A stretch of DNA of 64,000 nt, taken from contig JACPFQ010000004.1 of the NCBI GenBank assembly GCA_016182875.1, forward strand, positions 99,203-163,202, given 5' to 3'. This DNA is from Candidatus Doudnabacteria bacterium. Its GTDB lineage: Bacteria; Patescibacteriota; Doudnabacteria; UBA920; O2-02-FULL-48-8. The position numbers were made by a program, and so were the translations under genes. Shown here one piece after another: positions 1 to 9,261 of the stretch (position 1 is its first letter; each line of letters begins with the position of its first letter). The notes beneath the pieces were generated by a model. That model did not search any database. It had not been told where the DNA came from and worked only from the letters and a program-made list of their open reading frames with translations.

Positions 1-260
1 GGAAGATAAGGGGAAACCAGAGTGACTTTGGACTCTATTTCTTTCAAAGCTTCCAGGATCAGCAGAAGTTCAAAAAAGGCCGTATTCTGATTGGGATACA
101 GCCGATGAAAAAGCGTGACTTCCTTGCCGGCATAAGCTTCGAGTTTGGGAATGCGGATATGCGTATTGCCGTCAGGGAAATTTCCAATTTCAATATTTGG
201 AGCAAATAAATCCGAAAAATTTGGCGAAACAAGTTTAAGCATATAACTTATGTTGAGCAT
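1..260 (-). CDS. Partial CDS (N-terminal part) resembling ribose-phosphate pyrophosphokinase / phosphoribosyltransferase; the gene continues beyond the window start
   Basis: Hand translation of the minus strand gives MLNISYMLKLVSPNFSDLFAPNIEIGNFPDGNTHIRIPK...VTLVSPYLP. The FPDG(E/N) and following segment resemble the PRPP synthetase N-domain. The start codon is ambiguous (260 or 242). Confidence 0.4.
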   Translation of the reverse strand, partial: MLNISYMLKLVSPNFSDLFAPNIEIGNFPDGNTHIRIPKLEAYAGKEVTLFHRLYPNQNTAFFELLLILEALKEIESKVTLVSPYL

Positions 261-269
261 ATCTTATCA

Positions 270-301
270 TTAACTAGAAGGTATGGAAAATCTGCTATAA
301 T
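270..301 (+). promoter_or_regulatory. Candidate sigma70-type promoter with extended -10 (TGcTATAAT) driving the structured leader and tRNA-Cys/tRNA-Leu
   Basis: tgcTATAAT at ~294-301 with a TTAACT -35-like hexamer 20 nt upstream; the expected transcript start is ~308. Confidence 0.3.
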
Positions 302-340
302 TCCTGTATACTAGTTTAGTTTCTTATCTTTGTATCTAAG

Positions 341-460
341 CGAGGCACAGCCGCAAAAAACTAGCTTTCGCAGGCCCGCCTTAGCGGGTCGAGAACCTTC
401 GAGACTTGCATCCCGATGTAACGTCGGGATGACAGCCGGTAGTTTTTGCGGCTCGTGCCG
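341..460 (+). ncRNA. Structured RNA candidate of unknown class (long closing stem, two internal hairpins) in the leader of the tRNA operon
   Basis: GGCACAGCCGCAAAAAACTA (344-363) pairs with TAGTTTTTGCGGCTCGTGCC (441-460). Internal hairpins are CCCGC-CTTA-GCGGG and CATCCCGA-TGTAACG-TCGGGATG. I see no clear match to SRP, 6S or tmRNA motifs. Confidence 0.2.
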
Positions 461-468
461 AGCGATTT

Positions 469-544
469 GGCCACGTGGTGAAGTAGCTAACACTGCGGTC
501 TGCAAAACCGCCATACGCGGGTGCAACTCCCGCCGTGGCCTCCA
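469..544 (+). tRNA. tRNA-Cys (anticodon GCA), CCA encoded
   Basis: Acceptor GGCCACG/CGTGGCC, anticodon stem GCGGT/ACCGC with loop CTGCAAA (GCA), T-arm GCGGG-TGCAACT-CCCGC, discriminator T + CCA. Confidence 0.75.
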
Positions 545-548
545 ATAA

Positions 549-634
549 GCCCAGGTGGTGGAATGGTTTACACGCAGCACTTAAAATGCTGTGAGCGAAA
601 GCTCATGTGGGTTCGAGTCCCACCCTGGGCACCA
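549..634 (+). tRNA. tRNA-Leu (anticodon UAA), class II with long variable arm, CCA encoded
   Basis: Acceptor GCCCAGG/CCTGGGC, anticodon stem CAGCA/TGCTG with loop CTTAAAA (TAA), variable arm GAGC-GAAA-GCTC, T-arm GGGTTCGAGTCCCAC, discriminator A + CCA. Confidence 0.85.
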
Positions 635-664
635 AAATCTGACTTTCGGAAATTTTCCCAACAC

Positions 665-1729
665 ATGGAAAATGAATTGTATTCACTAGAGCAAGCCCAA
701 AGAGAGGCGGAGATACTTCAGAAGAAAATTAAATCTGGGGAAGCTTCGAGTTATGCTGAAGCAGAAAGACAGCTGGAATCTACAAGGGTTGATACTGAAC
801 TCGGAAAAGACAAGAATAGAAGAGAACTGGTCGCGGAGCGCATTGAATCTAAGCTGAAAAGATTGCGTGAGTTAATGAAAAGACCAAGTGGCCAAAGATT
901 CTTACATTTTACAATTACCTACGCAGACAAAACAGATGCTTTTTCTGAAAAGTTCAGTGACGACCTAGCTAACATTGTCCAGTATGGGATTTTAAGCCAG
1001 GAAGAATTAATCAGACGCAGTATTAGAGTTCGAGAAAGCGCATCTTTTCAAAGCTCTGATGTAGTATGTACATTTCGGGATAATCAAGATAGTTATAATC
1101 CAAACGTTCATTTTACTGAAGTAGTGGGCACTTTTGTTATAGACCCCGATGCAGTGGAAGATCGTCTGGCTGCGCGGGATACAGGAGGCGGGCTTGATGA
1201 GGTCAATATCTATGGAGTTCCGAAAGAAGCTATCCTTGGAGTTATTCTTCCTGACAGCGGGATTTTCCAGAAGGCATATAAAGATTTTACCGAACATCCT
1301 GAAAGGGTCGCAGAATTTAATAAGGTTATGGATACAATAAGGCAGTTTGATGAACTACAATATTTAGATCAACCCGAGGCATTAAATGAAAAAAATCAGC
1401 AGAATCCATTGCTTCGTAATAACGCATTAAAATTATTTATGATGGGAGAGCCTGCTGATTTCGATTTCAAAATTAGGCTCTTTTTACTGATGCAGGAATC
1501 TGATCCGAGCTATAGCTCAGTTAGAAATTTTTATGAGCGTACCCGTGATTATAATCCAGGGTGGGGGTTGGGATGGAATGATATTCACTATATAGCTCTT
1601 GCTCACAAGTTTGCGGAAAATCCAAATTTTACCATCCCTGTTTTTAAGGGCAGTTCAGTTCAAACATATTCGGGTTTTGAATGGGAAGAAGGTAAATTTG
1701 AAGATAAATTGGTAAGTTACAACACTTAA
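665..1729 (+). CDS. Hypothetical protein (~354 aa), AT-richer than neighbours, immediately downstream of the tRNA pair
   Basis: Long ORF with its first ATG (MENELYS) at 665 just after tRNA-Leu; the upstream part of track ORF 521..1729 overlaps the tRNAs and is not coding. I recognise no family. Confidence 0.55.
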   Translation: MENELYSLEQAQREAEILQKKIKSGEASSYAEAERQLESTRVDTELGKDKNRRELVAERIESKLKRLRELMKRPSGQRFLHFTITYADKTDAFSEKFSDDLANIVQYGILSQEELIRRSIRVRESASFQSSDVVCTFRDNQDSYNPNVHFTEVVGTFVIDPDAVEDRLAARDTGGGLDEVNIYGVPKEAILGVILPDSGIFQKAYKDFTEHPERVAEFNKVMDTIRQFDELQYLDQPEALNEKNQQNPLLRNNALKLFMMGEPADFDFKIRLFLLMQESDPSYSSVRNFYERTRDYNPGWGLGWNDIHYIALAHKFAENPNFTIPVFKGSSVQTYSGFEWEEGKFEDKLVSYNT

Positions 1730-1801
1730 ACCGGAGTCCTAAACATTTCCACACCCCGTGATTGACCACCCAAAAAATTTTTGGTACGATTGGGACCTAT
1801 T

Positions 1802-2467
1802 ATGGATGTCCTCCAAATAATCAGGCCCAAAATAAAGCCGCTGAAAGCTTCCTACGATAAATTGTCCCAATGGCATAAATTGACTATTCTCTTAATTATC
1901 ACAAGCCTCGTCAGTTTAACTCTCCCTCACCAAACTTTGGCCCAAGAAAAGACCGGCTCGAAAAACGGTCTTGTTTTTGTGACAGGCAACCACGACGATT
2001 TCATGAAGCAGATTTCACTGGAAGCAAGGCAGAAGTTCGCGGAAGAACAGCTCAGACAGGAACTCGAGCGAAAAAACCGTTTGATTGAAAAATTAGAACA
2101 GTATCTAAATTCGCACCGATCGCCTCTGGCAGAAGTAGTACCGACTTTGATTAATCTTAAAAACTGGAAAAAAATTGTCGCTCTTTCAGCCGCGGAAAGT
2201 TCCTACTGCCGGAAGTACCCTATAGGCACAGCGAACTGCTGGGGCGTAGGCGGAGCCGAAATCTGGGATTTCGGCTCCAATCTGCACGAAGGCGTAATAT
2301 CCATGAATAAATTCCTGGAAACTCATCCAAAACGCTCAAAAGTTAAATATTCTCAGATGAGCTTTGAACAAATGAATGGGCTTTACAAGCAGCCCGCCGC
2401 CGAGCACTGGCTTATAAATAACCAGGTGGTTTACAACGACTTGGTAAACCTGGAAAGAGAATTATAA
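1802..2467 (+). CDS. Hypothetical membrane-anchored protein (N-terminal TM, coiled coil, Cys/Trp-containing C-terminal domain)
   Basis: ORF 1781..2467 (TTG) with an in-frame ATG at 1802; a hydrophobic segment LTILLIITSLVSLTL; ends at a rho-independent terminator. Confidence 0.5.
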   Translation: MDVLQIIRPKIKPLKASYDKLSQWHKLTILLIITSLVSLTLPHQTLAQEKTGSKNGLVFVTGNHDDFMKQISLEARQKFAEEQLRQELERKNRLIEKLEQYLNSHRSPLAEVVPTLINLKNWKKIVALSAAESSYCRKYPIGTANCWGVGGAEIWDFGSNLHEGVISMNKFLETHPKRSKVKYSQMSFEQMNGLYKQPAAEHWLINNQVVYNDLVNLEREL

Positions 2468-2498
2468 AAAATGCCCCGGCTCGCCGGGGCATTTTTTA
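2465..2498. terminator. Bidirectional rho-independent terminator between convergent genes
   Basis: A-run, hairpin GCCCCGGC-tcg-GCCGGGGC, then T-run (aaaaaatgccccggctcgccggggcatttttt). Confidence 0.7.
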
Positions 2499-3572
2499 AC
2501 TTTGTTTCACCGCACGAAGAGACAGCCCCAACCTGTGTTCGCCCGGTTCAATGGAAATAATCTTAAAATCTTTCATCTCATCTACCTTAACAACTTCCGA
2601 AGGGTCCCCGACTTCCTCATTTGATAACTCGACTGAATGAACCAGGCCGAAAATATTTGGTTCCACTTCCACAAAAGCCCCAAACGGCATAAGCCGGACG
2701 ATTTTGCCCTTAACAATTTGGCCGACCTGATACTTTTTTATCAAATCAAGCCAAGGATCGGCTTCGAGGCGCTTGATGGACAGTGAAACCCGATCTCTTT
2801 CTATAGAAATAATTTGAGCTTTTACCTTTTGGCCGACTTTGTAATGGTCTTTGGGGTGATCAATTCGATTCCAGGCCAGTTCGGAAATATGAACCAACCC
2901 CTCAAGGCCCTCGCCAAACTTCATAAAGATTCCGAAATCAACAATGCCCGTAACTTCACCCTCGACAATATTGCCGATCTTAAGCTTGCCGATCTTTTCC
3001 CTCAGCACGTCTTCATGGACAGCTTTCTCCGACACAATCAGCTTCTCGTCTTCCTGGGCGGCGGTGATTATTTGCACGTCAAATATCTGCCCGACATAAT
3101 CCTTAAGAATCTCCAGGATTTTATTCTTGTCGCCCTCTTCGACGCGGGGATAGTGCTCGGTGGAAAGCTGTGACACTGGCAAAAAGCCTATCACGCCGTT
3201 TACTTCAACCATCAAGCCGCCTTTATTGGCATCGAGAATCTTGGTCTTTATGACTTCCTTGCTTCTCATTCGATCCGTCAAAGTCTGCCAAACTCGTTCC
3301 TGTCCCGCCTGTCTGAAAGACAACTCAATATTGCCTTCTTTGTTTTCCGGGTCCACGACCGAGGCAAAAACTTTATCACCGGCCTTAAGTGTTGCGAGCC
3401 GCACCGATTCGTCATACAGCTCCCGACCGCGGACAACGCCCAGCCCTATGCCTTCAATGTCAATGTAGACCTCGTTTTTGCCCGCAGAGTAATCTGTTGT
3501 TTGAATCTGATTCATAAGCCTTAAGATTATAGGCTTATTGGAGGAAAAAATCAAGCCCTTTTGGCCTTTCAA
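2496..3572 (-). CDS. rpsA: 30S ribosomal protein S1 (four S1 domains)
   Basis: Repeated S1-domain pattern (GxV.G.V..I..fGaFV.l..g..GLvHiSe); 358 aa; a possible alternative start at M20 (~3515). Confidence 0.8.
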   Translation of the reverse strand: MKGQKGLIFSSNKPIILRLMNQIQTTDYSAGKNEVYIDIEGIGLGVVRGRELYDESVRLATLKAGDKVFASVVDPENKEGNIELSFRQAGQERVWQTLTDRMRSKEVIKTKILDANKGGLMVEVNGVIGFLPVSQLSTEHYPRVEEGDKNKILEILKDYVGQIFDVQIITAAQEDEKLIVSEKAVHEDVLREKIGKLKIGNIVEGEVTGIVDFGIFMKFGEGLEGLVHISELAWNRIDHPKDHYKVGQKVKAQIISIERDRVSLSIKRLEADPWLDLIKKYQVGQIVKGKIVRLMPFGAFVEVEPNIFGLVHSVELSNEEVGDPSEVVKVDEMKDFKIISIEPGEHRLGLSLRAVKQS

Positions 3573-3604
3573 ATCGGGTCAAAATTTGGTAGAATAAATA
3601 GGCA

Positions 3605-3681
3605 TTAAAACACGTAACACGTAGCATGGAACACGTAACAAACGGTTGCTTCCTGATACGTGATACATGATACGTGATACA
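3605..3681. repeat. Short tandem/dispersed ACGT-core repeats in the rpsA / MBL-hydrolase divergent promoter region
   Basis: ACACGTAACA x2 (plus the ACGTAGCA variant) and GATACGTGATACAT x2; the second tandem copy ends in the ATG of the 3681 gene. Confidence 0.5.
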
Positions 3682-4304
3682 TGACAATATCCTGGTTTGG
3701 CCTTTCAAGTTTCAAAATCGTAAGCAAAGACACGACCATTATCACTGACCCGTTTGGCGCGACTAGCGGACTTGCCCCGGTGCGGGGGGTAGCCGATATA
3801 ATTATTTGCAGCGACCCGCAAAACAATTTAAGCAATAATTTCTCCTCAATTTCGGGAAGCCCCTTCCTCATCGCCGGCCCTGGTGAATACGAACTAAAAG
3901 GGGTTTTTATAATGGGGCAGCGCGCCAGCAATGGAAGCAACAGCACCATTTACAGCCTGGAAATTGATGAGATCAGGGTTGCGTTCTTTGGACAGGTCAA
4001 ACAGGCAGTGCTCGATGACAAGCAGAAAGAAATTCTGGAAGGAGCAGATATAGTTTTGATTGGGGTGGGCAATGACGGGGTATTAAATTCCGAACAAGCA
4101 GCCAAAATCGCGACACAGCTTGAACCGTTCCTAATCATTCCCCACAGCTTCAATATCCCGGGAGTCAAACCCCATTTAGATAAAGTTGAAAAATTTATTA
4201 GAGAGATGGGCGGAGAAACCCGCAAGGAAGAAAAAATAACAATAAAGAAAAAAGACTTGGTGGGTGATGTCACGCAAGTTCTAATTCTTACACCGCAAAG
4301 ATGA
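3681..4304 (+). CDS. MBL-fold metal-dependent hydrolase (UPF0173-like)
   Basis: N-terminus MTISWFGLSSFKI... and conserved D/H positions typical of UPF0173 Zn-dependent hydrolases of the beta-lactamase fold. Confidence 0.75.
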   Translation: MTISWFGLSSFKIVSKDTTIITDPFGATSGLAPVRGVADIIICSDPQNNLSNNFSSISGSPFLIAGPGEYELKGVFIMGQRASNGSNSTIYSLEIDEIRVAFFGQVKQAVLDDKQKEILEGADIVLIGVGNDGVLNSEQAAKIATQLEPFLIIPHSFNIPGVKPHLDKVEKFIREMGGETRKEEKITIKKKDLVGDVTQVLILTPQR

Positions 4305-4861
4305 ACTCGATAGCAAACCTAATCGCGAAAATCCAGCAAAAGCCCTACAAAGTTCGGATGAGAATGCTCTGGGGGGCTACCGCGGCTGTGGCTTTGATTT
4401 TAATGGTAATTTGGTTTTTTTCCGTAAAAAAAGCCGTCACCAACATTGACAGCCAAGACCTTCTAAATATCAACCGGAACGAGATCCCGGTTCAAGAGGC
4501 GAAGTACGTAAAAGTTGAACGAATTGAAGAAAGCAACAACAGCCTAAAAATATTTTTCAGCGTCAATAATCCCGAAACCGATATCCTTAGCTTTTCAAGC
4601 AGCACGGAAGTCGAATTGACCACTAATAAACTGACTCTCAATCCGGTTCAAATTCAAGATCGACAAAACAAAATGTTCGTGCAGAAGATTTTGTCAAAAA
4701 CTGAAAACTTTGGAATCTTGGTTTTTTCTAAGGTCGACTCTGATTCGATCAAGCTAGTTTTTAAAGACCTTTATTTCGAAAGCCGCCCGGACAAGATTTT
4801 TTCCGAATCAATCAGCCTAAATGTCGATGAACTGAAAATGAAGCAAGAATTAAGAAAATAA
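4301..4861 (+). CDS. Hypothetical membrane-anchored protein
   Basis: ATGA start/stop overlap with the upstream gene; N-terminal TM segment ([18 protein letters not shown]). Confidence 0.5.
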   Translation: MNSIANLIAKIQQKPYKVRMRMLWGATAAVALILMVIWFFSVKKAVTNIDSQDLLNINRNEIPVQEAKYVKVERIEESNNSLKIFFSVNNPETDILSFSSSTEVELTTNKLTLNPVQIQDRQNKMFVQKILSKTENFGILVFSKVDSDSIKLVFKDLYFESRPDKIFSESISLNVDELKMKQELRK

Positions 4862-4862
4862 C

Positions 4863-7319
4863 ATGCCGAAGGAAATTGAAAATAGCCAAGCCATAGGCCA
4901 AATCAACCAAAGGCCCATTGAGCGGGAAATGGAAGAGTCTTACCTAGACTATGCCATGAGTGTGATTGTCATGCGGGCCCTTCCCGACGTCCGAGACGGC
5001 TTAAAGCCGGTGCACAGAAGAATACTCTATGCCATGTCGGAGCTGGGGTTGCGTTCCAGCGCCAAATTTAGGAAATCGGCCGCAGTGGTGGGAGAAGTTT
5101 TGGCCAAATACCATCCGCACGGCGACGTGGCGGTTTATGACTCACTCGTCCGGCTCGCGCAGGATTTCGCGATGCGCTATCCGCTCGTCGACGGGCAGGG
5201 CAATTTTGGTTCCATGGATGGAGACGCTCCCGCCGCCATGCGCTATACCGAAGCGCGGATAACCCGGCTGGCAGAGGAAATGCTCGTTGATTTGGAAAAA
5301 GAAACGGTTGACTGGATGGACAATTACGACGCTACCCGGAAAGAACCGAAGGTTATGCCGGCCAAACTGCCCCAGCTTTTGCTAAACGGCACTCTGGGAA
5401 TCGCGGTGGGCATGGCCACCGATATTCCCCCCCATAACTTGGGCGAAATCGCGGATGCCGCCGTCAAACTCATCGACGACCCCAAGGCGACCACCGAAGA
5501 TTTATTGGAACATGTCAAAGGCCCTGACTTTCCAACCGGCGGCTTCATATATGACTGGAACGGGATCAAACAAATTTACGCCACTGGCAAGGGGCCTATT
5601 GTCATGCGCGGCCGGACAGAAATAATCGAAGAGAAGGGCCAGCATAAAATCATCATCAATGAAATTCCCTACCGCGTGAACAAAGCCACGCTTTTGGAGC
5701 AGTTTGCGGGATTAGTTAAGGAGAAAAAAGTGGAGGGCATAAAAGATTTGCGGGACGAATCGGATAAAGACGGGGTAAGAATAGTAATCGAATTGAAAAA
5801 AGAAGCCTTGCCCAACAAAATTCTAAACCAGCTTTTTAAATACTCGAGCCTCCAGGAAACATTTCACGTCAACATGCTCGCGCTCGTCGACGGCATTGAG
5901 CCGCGGGTGCTTAACTTAAAAAACATTTTGGAGTATTACATCATCCACCGCCTGGAAGTCGTGCGCAGGCGGTCAGAATTCGACTTGGCCCGGGCGCGGG
6001 ACCGCGCGCACATCCTGGAGGGTTTAAAAAAGGCTTTAGACCATATCGACGCCGTAATCACGACAATCAAGAAGTCCAACACCACCGAAGAGGCGCATGC
6101 GGCGTTGATGAGCAGATTTAAATTAAGCGACAAGCAAGCTACGGCCATCCTTTTGATGCAGCTGCGGGCCCTGGCCGGACTCGAGCGGAAAAAAATCGAT
6201 GACGAACTAAAGGAAAAAAAGCAGCAAATCGAAGAGCTGCTAAGCCTGCTTGGCTCCGAGAAAAAGATGCGGGCTGTGATTAAGAACGAACTTAGCGAGC
6301 TGAAGACAAAATACGGAAACGACCGCAAAACGACCTTGATAAAAACACCCATCGGTGAATTCAAGGTCGAGGACCTTATTCCCGAAGAACAAACCATCGT
6401 GATTATCACCAAATCCGGATACGTTAAGCGCGTCCCGCCGCAAACATATAAAACCCAAGGCCGGGGAGGCAAGGGTGTAATCGGCATGACCACGAAAGAA
6501 GAAGACGTGGTCGAGTGGCTGATTACGACCAACACTCACGACGATATTCTGTTCTTCACGAACAAGGGCCGTGTGTTCCAAACCAAAGTCTATGAACTGC
6601 CGGAAGCGTCGAGAGTAGCGCGCGGACAGGCTTTGGTCAATTTCCTGGAGCTTCCCACGGACGAAACTGTCCGCAGTGTGCTGACCATTTCCAAAAAAAC
6701 TCCTCTGAAGTTTCTGGTCTTGGCGACCAGGCAAGGCCTAATCAAAAAAACCCCGATTGAAGAATTTGCAAAAGTCCGACGGTCAGGCTTAATTGCGATC
6801 AAATTAAAAGCCGGGGACGAACTGCGATTCGTCAAATATTCCACTGGCGTTGACGAAATCATCCTTTCGACCATCAACGGCCAAGCCATTCGCTTCGACG
6901 AAAAGGACGTGCGGAGCATGGGCCGGGCGACTTCGGGCGTGCGCGGCATCAGGCTCCGAAAGGGAGACGAGCTAATCAGCCTCGACCTCATTTCCAAAAA
7001 AGATGAGCCGAAAAACCTGCAACTTTTGATAGTCACGGAAAATGGCTTGGGCAAAAAAACCGACTTGTCACTGTACAAAAAACAGCGGCGGGGAGGTTCG
7101 GGAATCAAGACTTTGAAGGTCACGCCCAAAACCGGCAAGATCGAGTCCATGCATGTCGTCAATAAAACCGAAGAGCACGACCTCGTGGTCTTGTCCAAAA
7201 ATGGACAGGCGCTTCGCACTCCAATTGCCAAAATCTCAACGTTAGGCCGCGCCACGCAAGGTGTGCGCATCATGACCTTGGAAGACAAAGATAAGGTTGC
7301 TTCAACAACGCTGATATAA
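4863..7319 (+). CDS. gyrA: DNA gyrase subunit A
   Basis: [27 protein letters not shown] and the downstream topoisomerase IIA motifs; 818 aa. Confidence 0.95.
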   Translation: MPKEIENSQAIGQINQRPIEREMEESYLDYAMSVIVMRALPDVRDGLKPVHRRILYAMSELGLRSSAKFRKSAAVVGEVLAKYHPHGDVAVYDSLVRLAQDFAMRYPLVDGQGNFGSMDGDAPAAMRYTEARITRLAEEMLVDLEKETVDWMDNYDATRKEPKVMPAKLPQLLLNGTLGIAVGMATDIPPHNLGEIADAAVKLIDDPKATTEDLLEHVKGPDFPTGGFIYDWNGIKQIYATGKGPIVMRGRTEIIEEKGQHKIIINEIPYRVNKATLLEQFAGLVKEKKVEGIKDLRDESDKDGVRIVIELKKEALPNKILNQLFKYSSLQETFHVNMLALVDGIEPRVLNLKNILEYYIIHRLEVVRRRSEFDLARARDRAHILEGLKKALDHIDAVITTIKKSNTTEEAHAALMSRFKLSDKQATAILLMQLRALAGLERKKIDDELKEKKQQIEELLSLLGSEKKMRAVIKNELSELKTKYGNDRKTTLIKTPIGEFKVEDLIPEEQTIVIITKSGYVKRVPPQTYKTQGRGGKGVIGMTTKEEDVVEWLITTNTHDDILFFTNKGRVFQTKVYELPEASRVARGQALVNFLELPTDETVRSVLTISKKTPLKFLVLATRQGLIKKTPIEEFAKVRRSGLIAIKLKAGDELRFVKYSTGVDEIILSTINGQAIRFDEKDVRSMGRATSGVRGIRLRKGDELISLDLISKKDEPKNLQLLIVTENGLGKKTDLSLYKKQRRGGSGIKTLKVTPKTGKIESMHVVNKTEEHDLVVLSKNGQALRTPIAKISTLGRATQGVRIMTLEDKDKVASTTLI

Positions 7320-7326
7320 AAAGAAA

Positions 7327-7360
7327 GACCCCGGACCAAGTCCGGGGTGGCTTTATTTTT
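7327..7360 (+). terminator. Rho-independent terminator after gyrA
   Basis: CCCCGGAC-caag-TCCGGGG followed by a T-rich tract. Confidence 0.65.
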
Positions 7361-7404
7361 GCGAAAAAAATGAAGCAGTTTTAAGACTTGCTTAGGTCTG
7401 TAGC

Positions 7405-7671
7405 TCAGACGATAACCTTGTCCCAAGAGATCAGAACGGCTCGGATGAGAATCAGCATGAGGCGAGCGTCTGGAAGTTCGTCCGCGGTCACGCTGTTAGC
7501 CACTTCATCTAAATCTTCGTTTACCATCTGAATCGCGCAGTCAGTCCTGCCAGCCTCCAGTTCGTCTGCCACCTTGTCATACATTGCGGAATGGTGAGCG
7601 AACACCATGTTCTTGGCTTTTCTTCTAAAATAGGCAACGACTTGATCGTGAGCCATCAGCTCTTTTACCAT
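7405..7671 (-). CDS. Hypothetical small protein (88 aa)
   Basis: Good SD (AAGGAGGG) 3-4 nt upstream of the ATG on the minus strand; no recognisable family. Confidence 0.45.
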   Translation of the reverse strand: MVKELMAHDQVVAYFRRKAKNMVFAHHSAMYDKVADELEAGRTDCAIQMVNEDLDEVANSVTADELPDARLMLILIRAVLISWDKVIV

Positions 7672-7752
7672 AGACCCTCCTTAATTGTTGACCTGAAAGT
7701 ATATCCTAAAATTGCCCAATTGTCTATACTTTAATGACAGAAATAGCCTAGA

Positions 7753-7781
7753 TTGACTGAATTACTAGGATTTGCTAGAAT
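7753..7781 (+). promoter_or_regulatory. Candidate sigma70 promoter TTGACT-17-TAGAAT for the TrmB-family regulator gene
   Basis: TTGACT (7753-7758), a 17-nt spacer, then TAGAAT (7776-7781); the ATG is at 7794. Confidence 0.35.
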
Positions 7782-7793
7782 AATTGTCAGGAA

Positions 7794-8588
7794 ATGACTT
7801 ACAACTTTATGCATAAAATTGACCAAATCCTTAAAACTCTCGGCCTTAGCGAGAATGAAACCAAGGTCTTTTTGGGTGCTCTTAAAACTGGCCAGGCCAC
7901 TGTGAGCAGAATCGCTTATGAGGCTGGGATTGCTAGAACCTACGCTTATGAACTTGTAGAACAACTGAAAACCAAAGGGCTGCTTGCTGAAGTGGAAGAG
8001 AAGGGAAAAAAGAAATTAGAGGCTTTGGATTTTGAAGGATTAATGGCATACATTGCAAGAAAGAAACGCGAAACTGAAAAATTGGAAAAAGAACTCGAAA
8101 GAGCTACTTCAGAGTTCCATGCCTTACGCACATATATACCGCAAAAAACTAAGGTCAGATTTTTTGAAGGCGTAGCGGGAATCAAAAGCATCAATTCGGA
8201 AATACGAAAAGACTTGGAAAAACTTTCAAAACCTTACCAATTCTACGTCGTGTTCTCTGCAGACCGGATGGAAGAAGTTTTGCCGGGTTGGATCGAACAC
8301 AACGAGCACATTTATTACGAACCGCATATGAAAAAATTCGCCATTATCAGCGAAACGCCGATGCTTCCTAAATTCTTAGGTCAAGTTGAAAAGCATCAGC
8401 AGATAAATTTCAGATTCAAGATTTGGCCAAAAGAAAAAAATGAGTTTCCAACTGACACGCTTTGCTGGCAAAACAAAATTGCTATATTGGACATGAAAGG
8501 GCATCCATCTGGTATAATCATCGAGAATAAAGCAGTAGTCGAAACATTCATTATGTGGTTTAGTCAGATGTGGGATAGCCTAAAATAA
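7794..8588 (+). CDS. TrmB-family HTH transcriptional regulator
   Basis: N-terminal wHTH (LGLSENETKVFLGALKTGQATVSRIAYEAGIARTYAYELVEQLKTKGLL) characteristic of the TrmB family. Confidence 0.7.
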   Translation: MTYNFMHKIDQILKTLGLSENETKVFLGALKTGQATVSRIAYEAGIARTYAYELVEQLKTKGLLAEVEEKGKKKLEALDFEGLMAYIARKKRETEKLEKELERATSEFHALRTYIPQKTKVRFFEGVAGIKSINSEIRKDLEKLSKPYQFYVVFSADRMEEVLPGWIEHNEHIYYEPHMKKFAIISETPMLPKFLGQVEKHQQINFRFKIWPKEKNEFPTDTLCWQNKIAILDMKGHPSGIIIENKAVVETFIMWFSQMWDSLK

Positions 8589-8595
8589 TAGAATC

Positions 8596-9261
8596 ATGCT
8601 TTACATTGTCGCCACGCCAATTGGAAATCTATCGGATATAACTCTTCGGGCAATAGAAGTTCTCAAGAGTTCCGATTTTATTATTGCCGAAAATCCTGCG
8701 CATAGCGCCAAGCTTCTGCAACATTATGCGATTCCAAAAAAGAAAACCATCCAATTCGCCGAGCATAATGAAAAAAAGGTTCTTTCAACCTTAATCCCAC
8801 AACTTAAATCCTTAAACGGTGCTCTAGTCACAGATGCTGGCACCCCGGGAATCTCTGACCCTGGCTTCCGGCTGGTGCGGGCTTGCGTGGAAGCGGGAAT
8901 CAAAGTAGCACCCATACCGGGCCCATCCGCCGCAATGGCGGCACTTAGCGCTTCGGGACTGCCCACTGACCGCTTTTTATTTGTCGGATTTTTGCCCCGC
9001 AAGGAAACGGCGCTAATAAAAATGGCCTCATTGGCAAAACAAACCGAAAGCACCCTCATCGGATATGACTCCCCGTTTCGAATTGTTAAAACCGTAGAAC
9101 TCCTCGCCAAGCGCTTCCCGCAATCCAATATGGTGATTGCGAGGGAGCTGACAAAAATCCATGAAGAATTTTTGAGAGGCCGTGCAACTGACGTATTGGC
9201 AGAACTGAAAAGCAAAGCTAGTATAAAGGGCGAAATAACCTTGCTTATCTCGTTTAAATAA
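8596..9261 (+). CDS. rsmI: 16S rRNA (cytidine1402-2'-O)-methyltransferase
   Basis: LYIVATPIGNLSDITLRA...GTPGISDPG tetrapyrrole-methylase fold typical of RsmI. Confidence 0.85.
   Translation: MLYIVATPIGNLSDITLRAIEVLKSSDFIIAENPAHSAKLLQHYAIPKKKTIQFAEHNEKKVLSTLIPQLKSLNGALVTDAGTPGISDPGFRLVRACVEAGIKVAPIPGPSAAMAALSASGLPTDRFLFVGFLPRKETALIKMASLAKQTESTLIGYDSPFRIVKTVELLAKRFPQSNMVIARELTKIHEEFLRGRATDVLAELKSKASIKGEITLLISFK

Noticed and set aside
311-580. Track ORFs 311..580 (-) and 330..548 (+), and the 5' part of 521..1729, overlapping the tRNA genes
   Set aside because: The region folds into two canonical tRNAs plus a structured leader. The ORFs have no RBS and alternative start codons, and the real CDS starts at ATG 665.
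3605-4273. Minus-strand ORFs 3605..3949 and 3950..4273 antisense to the MBL-hydrolase gene
   Set aside because: Shadow ORFs; the plus-strand gene has a recognisable UPF0173 signature.
5936-7426. Minus-strand ORFs 5936..6535, 6240..6734 and 6590..7426 inside gyrA
   Set aside because: Antisense shadow ORFs of gyrA with Ser/Arg-rich low-complexity translation.
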